Source: Chiloscyllium plagiosum
Taxonomy: Eukaryota
Direction of reading: 5' to 3'
NCBI RefSeq assembly: GCF_004010195.1
Contig: NC_057757.1
Span: 1,717,907 to 1,781,906 of the forward strand
Length of the DNA stretch: 64,000 bases
Below, one piece after another: positions 11,631 to 23,263 of this stretch (positions within the stretch are counted from its first letter, which is position 1; the number at the start of each line of letters is the position of its first letter). The notes beneath the pieces were generated by a model. It made no database searches, had not been told where the DNA came from, and saw nothing but the letters and a program-made list of their open reading frames with translations. A program made the translations under genes and the position numbers.

Positions 11631-12659
11631 AGTTTAAACATTTTCACGCAGAGGTGGTACATGTATGGAATGCGTTACCAGAGGAAGTAGTGGAGGCTAG
11701 TACAATTACAACATTTAAAAGACATCTGGATGGGTATATGAATAGGAAGGGTTTAAGAGAGATACGGGCCAGGTGCTGGCAGGTGGGACTAGATTAAGTT
11801 GGGATATCTGGTCAGCATGGACAAGTTGGACCAAAGGGTCTGTTTCTGTGCTATATAAAGTCCTAGTGACCATTCTATTTATCCTTTATATTGTGATAAA
11901 TCATGCAACAAAATTAATATCCTATTGTTAATATCTGCGTTTTTGGATTCGGCTATTATTTGTGCATTAGAAGTTTTTTGTTACCATGTGAGTAGACAAG
12001 ACATTTTAAAGCCCTGCAGTCACTTCATGGCCTGTAGCATTGTAAATGAGCAATGACTGGTCAGGACCGCTTAAGGAACCTAATCTAGGATTTACATTAA
12101 GGGACTAGGACAATGGATTTCAGAGTTGGAAACTGTATATATTTTACATTTTAAATATTGAATACTGAATAAATGAATTTCCAGTTTATATTGATGACTT
12201 TTGAAATGTCTTAGCCACTTGTTCAGTTCCTCCTCTGAAATACAGGTAATGATTATTTTATTTATTCTCTTTTTAATAATCAATTGTATTAGCACTGACT
12301 CACAAAATCAGAATTAATTGGCAGGATCGCTTGGCTTTATTCCTTTACACATTGTCAGTGATCAGTCTCGTTGCCTCATAGTTAATTTGAAGTATGGCTG
12401 CATTAATTCGTTGCTAACTAAAGAAAGGAAAGATATCTTACTGGCCAGATGACAGTATTCTCCATGTGATTGGGGGATAGAGGTATGTACAGCAGATGGA
12501 ACTCCCAAAAGCTGGGAGGTGTTCATAGCTGACTGTGAATGGGTAGATGAAAGAATAAAAGGGACATGAGAAACAGTGTCAGGCCACTAAGGCTAAGGAA
12601 AATACAAACAGGGTTAAAGCGACAACGCTGTAAAATAAAGAACTTAGGCTCGGGATTCC

Positions 12660-13000
12660 GAGTAGAATCTATGTCTGGCATACCGACCTTCTTTGAGGAT
12701 GGGGATTTTATTCCTGGATATCAGCTGAGCCCCTGACATCTCCTGATTGTCCCCAGCACACACACACACACCCTCCCCTTTCCTTCTTTTGAAAATGAAG
12801 CATCCAGTCTTCGTAGCCGATATCATGGGGATGAGTGGCCTGCGCCATCCTAAACCAGGGCCCATCCTGGGAACCAGAGTAATGTTGATGAAGCATGCCC
12901 CTGACCGCAAGAACAAACCAGCCCAGTTTGCTCAATACGTCCAAAGGACGATACAGATGTAAATGCAGTAAAATTCTGGGAGTAGCCCGAATACAAATGG
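12660..13000 (+). pseudogene. ERV-1 gag-like remnant
   Basis: RVMLMKHAPDRKNKPAQFAQYVQRTIQM is homologous to ERV-2 RVMLMNQTPDRKEKSVQLDQYVRRTIQV. The gag assignment is positional, between leader and pol. Confidence 0.5.
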
Positions 13001-13199
13001 CTTGTGTTGTAAGACTGAAATACGTGGCCATCTGTCTGACGGAAATGGTTTACAATTGAAAAAATAATCGAGAAGCTGAGTCACGTTTGTTTAACCCTGT
13101 GCTTTTGCAATGTTTTCCTTCTGGTGTCACTGACATGATCCAGACAAACAACATGAACTAGTCCAGGAATTTCCAGTTGCAAATGAGGTGAGCAGTGGT

Positions 13200-14224
13200 T
13201 TTCTATTGGGATGACCAGAACTAGACTGAACTACTATGCAAGTTACAGATAAAACTGATTATACCCAGCACCCTCATGATCCCCAATGTCATGTGCCAGC
13301 CCCGACAGGGTTGATTGGGACCAGGATACCCACTGGGGGTCGAAACTACCTCAGATGCCCACCCAGCGACCACAGCTGAGCAACGTTTTCCCGAGAGGAC
13401 CCTAGAAATGGGGACAGGCAGGCCTCAGTATTACACCTTTGTGACTGGGAACAAGACAGCAAAATCCCCCAAGGACGAATGGCTGGCCCTTGCTTTAACT
13501 GTGGAAATATGGCCATTTGGGAGTGATGTGTCTTTAATGTTACCTTGGAGCTAATGCGGACAATCAACATGCTTGCGTCCTTGCAAAAGGAAAATCTGCT
13601 AATGTTCACTGACTCACTGTTATACTTTTGGTGTGACCCACGATTATGGAGCCTTGTGGGAACATAGAGAATTTTTAACCCCCACAGGGTGGCATTATAG
13701 TAATGCTGTTTTGCCCAATCAATCTGGCAGTTATCAAGATGTTTGGGTCACGCTGAGGCAACTGATACGGTTTCCAAAGTAATGGGTAGGTGGAGTCTGC
13801 TGCCATGCAGGCAGCCTTACATGCCAAACTTCTGGTCACATTGGGCCTCCAGCAAAACCCAAGTAGAGACAATATGGGGACAGATTTGCCAGACCTGGGT
13901 ATGGTACAGAAATCACAGGAAAAGTCCCCTGCTGAAGAGCATAAACTATGGCCTCAAATAGGGTACTCCCTCGATACTCAAACCAAAATGTGGGTAACTT
14001 CTGCTGGACATGTTTGTGCTCCTTCTTTGCTGCTGCCTATTTTAGTTGATTATGTGTATTATTGTACACACTTGAGTAAGGAGGGAATGGTTAATACTCT
14101 ATTACAATGGACATGCTTTTGGCTCCAACCTCGATGGGAGGGACCCTTCCAGGTTCTCCTCAACATCCCTACTGCTGATAAGGTCACCGGGCACCTCCCC
14201 CACCATTGCAAGGTCATCGGATGA
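13200..14224 (+). pseudogene. ERV-1 pol remnant (RNase H / integrase pieces, heavily deleted)
   Basis: THLSKEGM (integrase Zn region) and LQPRWEGPFQVLL...HHCK (integrase C-terminal WxGPxxV motif); multiple stops and frameshifts. Confidence 0.7.
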
Positions 14225-14229
14225 GCCCC

Positions 14230-16060
14230 TCGCAAGGGGTGAGATGATGAAGATTGAACTAACCCTGATATGTGGATTCGTCATCATCGGCATTAATACT
14301 CAAGAAGGGACTATTTATCAGTGTGCTCCTGAACAACCAGAGGCTGCGTAACATTTATGCCGAAAAGTTGTCCTTATGGGCCAAGAGACTGATTCCTTCG
14401 ATGCATGAAACATTACCAAGATTGACTGTCACAATGGTCAACTGCATCAAGAAGATTGGACAGTTCGTTTACAGGACAAGTCTCAATGGCTTTTACCTTG
14501 TCAAGGTGTTTTATGCCAGTTTGATTACAGTTGTGCTATGGGTGGCCCTGTAAGCCTTGCCTCTATTCAAAGAGGTCTAAATTGGCGTGCCGCAAAAGAG
14601 AAAAGGGGGAAATGTTATCTTTCACCAACAATCTGTTTCTTCAAAGTCACAATAAAATATTTGACTGGGATGAAGTGGTCTCTTAAGGCCTCACATCAGC
14701 GTTGGACTTCTTGACCCCCTTTCCCCCTCCCAATGACGGAGTATAACACTTCTAACGTGTTTACCAGACATAATGTTTCTTTTGACTATTACTTATCCCC
14801 ACCTGCTTGGTGCTTATGGACTTCCTCTAATAAGTCTGGGGTAGCCTATCCAAATTGTTACAACAGTACAGGATAGGGGTGTGCTTACATAAATGTGACT
14901 AAGACTATTCTATGTACCTTGGTCAAATGTATTAACCGCTACTACTCCCCTGTGGGGCCTTGCATCTCATGTGTATGCCTACGAGAGGAGTGTGTCCCGG
15001 TTATTACCAGTGTTTAGGCTCTTCGTGGTAAGGGTAACAGAACCACCCACCTTCATCTTCCCAATTGTGGGATGGAAGGAACTAGTCTGGGACAATAACA
15101 GCATCTCTGTCTTTTTATTGAACAGCTTTCACCCCAAGCACCCAGGGCGACCATACTTTGTAGCCATGGACTACCCATACATTCAGGGTAGTCACAAAGA
15201 CAAGCCTGCTTCTTATTGGGAAGCCCCCTCCATCAGCTATACTAAACCTGGTTACTATTTTTTCAGCCAAGGCAGAGTGACCAACTTCCTCGTTCTTGAT
15301 GAAATAGGTACTCCCCGTGCTGTCGCTGTAGGGACAATTTTCCAGACTACTGTTCCCTGTCCAACTACCTGGGAACGAGGTTGGGGTTTCCCTACCAAAA
15401 CGTTCAGTTTCACCTGAATTCTGCACACATTGGAGAGATGCCAAGGCTTTGGGCAACAGTAAAGCCCAGTCTGTGGACTTGGCATTTCTTAGTGCTTTTT
15501 CCTGCAGGAATTATTAGCCACCCAAACTGAAATTATCTGACTTGCGGCCTCACCCTCTTGGACAACAAGAAGGCTCCAGCATTAGCAGGTGTTAAGGGTA
15601 TGCTCTCAGAATTACGTCTATTTTCCCAGCAAAACCGGTACGTCCTCGACTACCAACTCGGCAAAGAGGATGGGGTTCGCGCCATAGTAAAGGGCAAGTG
15701 TATGATGGGGGTTACCGACCTCATCGAGAATATTACCAAGCATGTGGATAACATCCACACCTTCCTCAATCAAATGACAGAAGGCACTGGATTGAGAGAT
15801 TGGGGTTTTGGCTCATTGTACAACGGTTGATAAATCTGGCAATGTATATTGGTATTATTTTAATTTGTCTCTTTGCTGGCATTGCTATTGTTAAATGTAT
15901 GATTGCCAAGCTAATAACTTTTGTTGACAACAGTGGTTCCCCCCAGAAGATGCTTCTTCTCCATCCAAATGAAGGTGAGGAGGAGCGGTTTCCCACCCTT
16001 GCTTCCTCCTCTTTGGAGGAGGAAGTATGGCAGGCTCTAGTGTCCATTGGATTGGACTGA
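14230..16060 (+). pseudogene. ERV-1 env remnant (SU + TM), frameshifted
   Basis: ISD-like ELRLFSQQNRYVLDYQLGKEDGV, then a degenerate Cys motif, then hydrophobic TM LINLAMYIGIILICLFAGIAIVKC. Confidence 0.85.
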
Positions 16061-16117
16061 TCTAATCTATGCCCTCCCATCCTATGGTGTGGTCATGGAA
16101 TGACGGAACGGGGGAGT

Positions 16118-16815
16118 TGAGGATCTGAAATCTGAATACAGGCTGAGGTAACTAGTTGTTGTCAGGAACAACCACTTAACAAATGCTCTTAATAACTTAG
16201 GTGACAATAAAATGGCTTTTCAATACAAATAACGTGACAAAATGGCTTTATGGCTGCAAATTGACAATTCTGCTAAAAGCTGCATAAAATGGCTTTTAAT
16301 TCTGCTCTAGCTTCATAATTGACTAACCACAGTCTGCTTCAATAGAGATTAGCAGACAATGCTCCCTTTACAGCAATGAAATAACTAGACTAGATAAGAC
16401 ATTACTGGCCATCCTAATTGACCTTCAAATGCAGATGTAATGGCTTGGTTAGTGAGATAAGGATGGCCTGAGTGTCGGAAAACAAAGTTGGTTTCCAGGA
16501 AATATCATTGGACCAAGTAACTATCAAATAAAGCAATATTATATATATTGATTGGTAACTGAATGTACTTCGCGATCATGGCCTGTACCTTTCTTTAAAA
16601 GTATGAAAATGTCTTTGTTTTAAACCATGTGTGCAGCTCTTCCGAGGAATACAGATGTATACAAGCTCTGTGTTTCTGGATGCTCTGTAACCAGCCGTAT
16701 GAACAAATAAAGAATGAAGTCTTAAAAAACCAGACCGATTGTGAGCTTTTATTGACCGAGCATGGAACAGAGAGAACCAACCCCCCTCCCCACTTCCCAG
16801 GGGTCCAGATCTTCA
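16118..16815 (+). repeat. ERV-1 3' LTR
   Basis: TG...CA, preceded by the purine tract GGAACGGGGGAG, followed by TSD CAGT. Confidence 0.9.
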
Positions 16816-17935
16816 CAGTAAGATATTCAGCAAGGTTGGATCTCATGAAATACGAGGAGAACTAGCCATATGGATACAGAGCTAGCTTGAAAGTAGAAGA
16901 CAGAGGGTGGTGATGGAGGGTTGCTTTTCAGACTGGAGGCCTGTGACCAGTAGTGTACCACAAGAATCAGTGCTGGGTGCACTACGTTTTGTCATTTATA
17001 TAAATCATTTGGATGTGAACATAAAAGGTATAGTTAGTAAGTTTGCAGATGACACCAAAATTGGAGATGTAGTGGACAGCAAAGAAGGTTACCTCAGAAT
17101 ACAATAGGATGTTGATTAGTTGGGCCAATGGGCTGAGAAGTGGCAAATGGAATTTAATTTAGATAAATGCGAGGTGCTGCATTTTGGGAAAGCAAATCAG
17201 AGGAGGACTCAATGGTGTCGTCCTGGGCAGTGTTGCTGAACAAAGAGACCTTGGAGTGCAGGTTCATAGTTCCTTGAAAGTAGAGTCGCAGGTTGATAGA
17301 AGAGTGAAGACGTTTGATATGCTTACCTTTACTGGTCAAAGCATTGAGTAAAGGAGTTGGGAGGTCATGTTGTGGCTATACAAAATATTGGTTGGGCCAC
17401 TTTTGGAATATTGTGTGCAATTCTTGTCTCCTTCCTATTGGAAGGAGGTTGTGAAACATGAAAGGCTTCAGAAAAGAGTTACAAGGATGTTGTCTGGGTT
17501 GGAAGATTTGAGCTATAGGGAGAGGCTGAGTCGGCTGGGGCTATTTTCCCTGGAGCATCGGAGGCTGAGGGGTGACCTCATAGTGATTTATAAAATCATG
17601 AGAGGCATGGATAGGTGAATAGACAAGGTCTTTTCCCTGGACAGCGAGAGTCCAGAACTAGAAGGCATGGTTTTTTGGCGAGAGGGGAAAGATATAAAAG
17701 GGACCTAAGGGGCAACTTTTCCACAGAGAAGGTGATGCGTGTTTGGAATGAGCTATCAGAGGAAGCGGTGGAGGCTGGTACAGTTACAGCATTTAAAAGG
17801 CAACTGAATAGGAAGGGTTTGGAGGGACATGGGCCAAGTGCTAGCAAATGGGACTAGATTAGGTTAGGATAGCTGGTCAGCATGGACGATTTGGACCAAA
17901 AGTCTGTTTCTGTGCTGTACATCTCTATGACTGTA
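16816..17935 (+). mobile_element. CR1 LINE 3' part (continuation of the ERV-1 host element)
   Basis: WRPVTSSVPQESVLG, SKFADDTKIG, LEYCVQFLSP and LRGDLI motifs, ending in a CR1 3' tail. Confidence 0.88.
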
Positions 17936-18210
17936 AGTCCACATCAACTCTCTGAAGAGTAAATCACCCCAGACCCATTCCCCAAACATATTACTCTACA
18001 TTTACCCCTGATTAATGCACCTAACCGACACATCTCTAAACATTACAGACAATTTAACATGGCCATTTCACCCAACCTGCACATCCTTGGAATGTGGGAC
18101 GAAACACACGCAGACATGGAGAGCATGTGCAAACTCCACACAGTCAGTTGCTCGAGTTTGGAACTGCATCTGTGAGGCAGCAGTGCTAACCATCGAACCA
18201 CTGTGCCTCC
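17935..18210 (-). mobile_element. HE1/V-SINE-like SINE, decayed
   Basis: Reverse complement of the same SINE body (GCAAACTCCACACAG, GCAGTGCTAACCA). Confidence 0.7.
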
Positions 18211-18679
18211 TGTTAGCTGTGGTAACAGAGCGGCGACGATGATAAGCAAAGGGGCTGGGACTGGGTGGGATGTTCTTCAGAAGATTGCTGTGGGTTGATG
18301 AAGGGCTTTTGCCCGAAACATCAATTTTCCTGCTCCTCGGATGCTGCCTGACCTGCTGTGCTTTTCCAGCGCCACTCTTGATCTAGACTTCTTTCTGCAC
18401 TGGAAGGACTGTATAATTCTACAAAAACAAATCACTGGAGAAACTCAGCAGATCTGGCAGCATCTGTGCAACAAAAGCAGAGATAATGTGTCGAATCTAA
18501 TTAGCCTTCTTCGGAATTGACTCCAAACATTAATTGTATTTTATCTCCACGAATGTTAGCAGACCTGCAGAATTTCTCCAACAGTTTTCCTTTTTGCCCC
18601 CAATGGCAAGACTTAACATTGAGTCCTGTAGACTGCACCTCCCCTCCCCTCCCTCCCCAAACAGCAAGCGAAGCAACGA

Positions 18680-19270
18680 TTTACTTGCATTTTTCTCGGT
18701 GTGGTCTTACTTTACCGGCGGCTCACTTTGCGATCTCTACCATGAGTACACAAAACGCAACACGCTCTTTGTGTAAATGTAACCCCGAGCCTCATGACGA
18801 TTCATGACGATTTCGAAATCGCAATCTTTGTCCGACCGCCGTTTGTCTTGAGGAGCCTGCCGTAGTTCTGGCGCACGCGCACCCGACGGTACCGCCAGGG
18901 ACACGGCCTCCTCGACACGAGTCGGATACATATTTTATTTCTCTTTTTTAAAAACTGGCCGATTTATTTCTTTGGAGCACCCGACACTTCGAAGGATTAC
19001 TCGCTTTCGCCATCTTGCTCTCTGTGGGGAACTCCTTGGCGAAATGAACAATAAATTCCAAGCGTAAGTTTACCGTCAGTTAACCGAGAAAAACAGAAAA
19101 ACTTTCCTGTGGGCGGTTGGTGGCTCGAGCTGAGGGGGCGGGGGCAAATAACAGGATGTCCCGCCCATTATCCTTCCGCTGATTGGCGAAGTGGCACAAA
19201 GGAGGGTGGGCTGACGCTGGCCCCTCTGATTGGTCATCAACACGTCACTCGTGTATTGAAAACACAAGTA
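18680..19270 (+). promoter_or_regulatory. CpG-rich promoter / first-exon region of the eIF4E2-family gene
   Basis: Local CpG enrichment around exon 1. NRF1-like GCGCACGCGC (~18871), YY1 motif CGCCATCTT (19008-19016), GC box (~19135), two ATTGG boxes (~19182, ~19229), TGACG/CACGTCA motifs. Confidence 0.7.
19044..19063 (+). CDS. eif4e2rs1: Class II eIF4E (4EHP/EIF4E2 family, eIF4E-2B-like) coding exon 1
   Basis: ATG AAC AAT AAA TTC CAA GC|GTAAGT = MNNKFQA (human EIF4E2 starts MNNKFDA); phase 2 matches exon 2. Confidence 0.92.
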
Positions 19271-19469
19271 GCGTGTTTGATGCTGGGGATGGATGGAGTG
19301 AGGAGGGAGTGCGGGATTTGATTTCTTATTGTCACATATGTATTTAGATACCGTGAAATGTTTGGTTTTGCATGGAGTACAGGCAGATCATACCATTACA
19401 AAGTGCATAGAGTAGTCGAACAAATTAAAGAATACAACTTTACAGCTGCAGAGAAGGTACACAAAGAGT

Positions 19470-22190
19470 GAGTTAAAAGTCACAAAACACCAGGTTGTAG
19501 TCCAACTGGTTTAATTGGAAGCACTAGCTTTCTGAGCGCTGCTCCTTCATCAGGTAGTTGTGGAGTACACAATTGTAAGACACAGAATTTATAACAAAAG
19601 TTTATAGTGTGATGTAACTGAAATTATACATTGAAAAATATCTTGTTTGTTAAGTCTCTCATTTGTTAGAATGACCATGTTAGTTTCGCTTCTTTCATAT
19701 GTAAATCGCAAAACTTTTTTTTAAACGTTACATTCTCAAGTGAACTTTAATAATTGGTGTCAGCCCAGATAATGTATTGGGTATTAGTACCTCTCTGTGC
19801 TGCTGTCTGTGCCATAAAGTTTAGATTGATACTAATCTAAAAAATGAATTAACAGAATCTTACTTGGATTCATGCAGTTTTTGAGCAAAGTACAATGTAA
19901 CTCTGCAAGTACAAATTCACCCCACAAACTAATATGTGTATGTGTGCATGTGGGTGTGCGTTTGGGGGGGGTGCAGTTGGTGTGGTTCTGAGTGTCTGTG
20001 AGAGAGAGTGTATGTGTGTGTGTGAGAGTGTAAAGGGGTCTAGGCCTGTGAGAAGGTGCATGTGGGAGTGTGTGTGTTTGTCTGTGAGAGTGCCAGCCTG
20101 TGTGTGTCTGTGGGAGTACCTGTGTGTGTGTGTGTGTTCTGCACAGCATGCAACACATTATCAGTGAGGATGAGCACCTCGCCAAGACCTTCCCCACACC
20201 TCCACTGCTCGCCTTTAAACAAACCTCAAACAGATCATTGTTGGTAGCAAACTGCCTGGCTTTCAGGACAACTCCATACAGCCCTGTCCATAAGACGTAG
20301 GAGTGGAAGTAAGGCCATTCGGCCCATCGAGTTCACTCCGCCATTTAATCATGACCGATGGGCATTTCAACTCCACTTACCAGTATTCTTCCCGTAGCCC
20401 TTAATTCCTTGTGACATCAAGAATTTATCAATCTCTGCCTCCACTGCACTCCGCGGCAATGAATTGCACAGGCCCACCACTCTCTGGCTGAAGAAATGTC
20501 ACCGCATTTCTGTTCTGAATTTACCCCCTCTAATTCTAAGGCTGTGCCCACGGGTCCTAGTCTCCTCGCCTAACGGAAACAATTTCTTAGCGTCCACCCT
20601 TTCCAAGCCATGTATTACCTTGTAAGTTTCTATTAGATCTCCCCTTAACCTTCTAAACTCCAATGAATACAATCCCAGGATCCTCAGCTGTTCCTCGTAT
20701 GTTAGACCTGCCATTCCAGGGATCATCTATGTGAATCTCAGCTGGACACGCTCCAGTGCCAGTATGTCCCTCCTGAGGTGTGGGGCCCAAAACTGGACAC
20801 AGTACTCCAAATGGGGCCTAACCAGAGCTTTATAAAAAAGGCTCAGTAGCACATCGCTGCTTTTATATTCCAACCCTCTTGAGATAAATGACAACATTGC
20901 ATTCGCTTTCTTAATCACGGATTCAACCTGCATGTTTACCTTTAGAGAATCCTCGACTAGCACTCCCAGATCCCTTTGTACTTTGGCTTTATGAACTTTC
21001 TCACCATTTAGAAAGTAGTCCATGCTTGTATTCTTTTTTCCAAAGTGCAAGACCTCACATTTGCTCACGTTGAATTTCATCAGTCATTTCCTGGACCACT
21101 TTTCCAAACTGTCTAGATCCTTCTGCAGCCTCCCCACTTCCTCAGTACTACCTACCTAACTTCGTATCATCGGCAAACTTCGCTCATTCTCTGCAGACAA
21201 GGATGCCCTGAGGCATGGTACATTGGGGAAACCGAGCAGAGGCTACGGCAATGGATGAATGGGCACTGCACAACAATCAACAGACAGGAGTGCTCCCTCC
21301 CAGTTGAAGAACACTTTAGCGGTCCGGGACATTTGACCTCGGACTTTCAGGTGACCATCCTCCAAGACTTCGGGATAGGCAGCAGTGGAAAGTGGCCAAG
21401 CAGAGGCAGATAGCTAAATTCGGTACCCATAGGGATGGCCTCAACCAGGATCTTGGGTTCATGTCACACTACAGGTGACCCCATTGTACTATACGCACAC
21501 ACACACACACAGGGACTACAGGCACTCCTATACACACACTCCCGCAGGCACTCCTTTCTGCACACTCCCACACAGACACGCACCCTCTCACAGACCTAGA
21601 CCCCTTTACACTCACACACACATACACTCTCTCACAGACACTCACAGCCCCACCACCACCACCCCCCACACACACCCACATGCACACATACACATATAAG
21701 CTTGTGGGGTGAATTTGTACTTGCAGTGTTACATTGTACTTTGCTCAAAAATTGCATGAATCCATATATGATTCTGTTAATTCATTTTTTAGATTAGAAT
21801 CAGCCTAAACATTATGGCACAGACAGCAGCACAGAGAGGTACTAATACCCAATACATTATCTGGGCTGACACCAATAGTTAAAGTTCTCTTGAGAATGTA
21901 ACTTTTTAAAAAAAGTTTTGCAATTTACATATGAAAGAAGCGAAACTAACATGGTCATTCTAACAGATGAGAGACTTAACAAACAAGGTATTTTTCAATG
22001 TATAATTTCAGTTACATCACACTGTAATCTTTTGCAATAAATTCTGTGTCTTACAATTGTGTACTCCACAACCACCTGATGAAGGAGCAGCGCTCCGAAA
22101 GTTAGTGCTTCCAATTAAACCTGTTGGACTATAACCTGGTGTTGTGTGATTTTTAACTTTGTACACCCCAGTCCTACACTGGCATCTCCA
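19470..22190 (+). mobile_element. Penelope-like element with inverted 5' pLTR (fold-back), interrupted by CR1
   Basis: Arms ~19470-20135 and ~21495-22160 are inverted copies. GIY-YIG remnant at ~21184-21270 (LILCRQGCPEAWYIGETEQRLRQWMNGH). Hammerhead-like motif in each arm. Confidence 0.85.
20289..21183 (-). mobile_element. CR1 LINE 3' fragment nested in the Penelope-like element
   Basis: KFNVSKCEVLHFG, LVRPHLEYCVQFWAPH and LRGDLIETYK motifs; same family as 9141-10050. Confidence 0.9.
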
Positions 22191-23048
22191 AATCACAAAT
22201 AGATAGATCAACATAAGTTTTAAAATTTAAGGGGTCCATTCAGAAGTCTAATAACAGCAAGGACAAAACTGTTATTGAATCTGTTGGTCCATATATTTAA
22301 GCTTTTGTATCTTCTGCCTGACAGTAGTTGTTGGAAGAGATTATAATCAGGGTGGGAGAGGTTTTGAATATGTTGACTGTCTTCCTGACGCAGCGAGAAG
22401 TATAGATGGAGTCACTGGATGGAAGGTTAGCTTGTGCGATGAACCGGCCTGTGTTCACGACTCTCTGTAGTTTTTCTATGGTCCTGGGCAGAGCAGTGGC
22501 CATACCAAGCCGTGATGCAGTGGGAGGGAGAAGAGACAGGGGGCCAAGGGAGAGGCAGCAGAGGGAGGAGCGAGGGAGGGGGTGTCGAACGAAAGGGGAG
22601 AAGATGAGCAGGTGAGGGATGAGAAAGAACGGGTGAGGAGGGAAGGTGAAGGAGAGGGGGTGAGTGATCATATTGAAATACGCAAGAATCTGAGGAGACT
22701 TGACAGGGCAGATGAAAAGATGTCTCCCTGGTATGAGACAAGAAGTAGGGGATACATTTTACAAGTAAGCAGTCATGTATTTAGGATAGAGATGAGGACT
22801 TTTTTTTTCTGTCTGGGAGTCACAAATCTTCCCCAGAAAGTGGTGGTGGCAACCAGCCTTTCAGAATCACAGAAGTCTTCTGGCACAGAAAAGAGATCAT
22901 TCAGCTTGTCATGTCTGCAACAGCTCTTCAAATGAGCTTCATTATCTAGTGCTAATCTCTGTTATTTTCCTCCATATCCTTGTACCTTATTTCTGGTTAA
23001 ATAATCATTCAGTGTCCTGCTGAATGTCTCAATTCAATTTGACTCCAC

Positions 23049-23263
23049 TGCAGTGATTGAAATCAGGTCATCTGGGTGGAACTCACAGAATTTAAGTTTC
23101 CTGATTGAGGCTGTTGATCTGTTCCAATCAGGGACCCTTGGCTGGCAAACGTAAACTAGTGCATCAGAAGTTATGTTTTCTCTGAGATACCTGGATCAGT
23201 GTCAAGGACTCTCCAAATGAAAATAAAGGGTGACTTGATGGGATACTCTGTGGAGTTATTTCA
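23049..23263 (+). mobile_element. Short solo LTR (family A)
   Basis: TG...CA with 5-bp TSD TCCAC (23044-23048 / 23264-23268); internal AATAAA. Confidence 0.75.

Larger units (their letters stand above)
7358..16815 (+). mobile_element. ERV-1: decayed class I (gamma/epsilon-like) endogenous retrovirus with two LTRs and gag/pol/env remnants
   Basis: Direct LTRs; terminal inverted repeat TGAGGATC...GATCTTCA; 4-bp TSD CAGT (7354-7357 / 16816-16819); PBS-like 8025-8034; PPT 16105-16116; env TM motifs. It interrupts a CR1 element. Confidence 0.9.

Noticed and set aside
14971..16060. Domesticated syncytin-like env gene
   Set aside because: Env is broken into several frames with stops, and the CX6CC-type motif is degenerate.
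19832..21699. His/Thr- and Cys/Val-rich ORFs
   Set aside because: Translations of (CA)n/(TG)n-rich pLTR sequence.
19470..22160. DNA transposon with long TIRs
   Set aside because: The internal sequence is GIY-YIG/PLE-like, not transposase; inverted pLTRs explain the arms.
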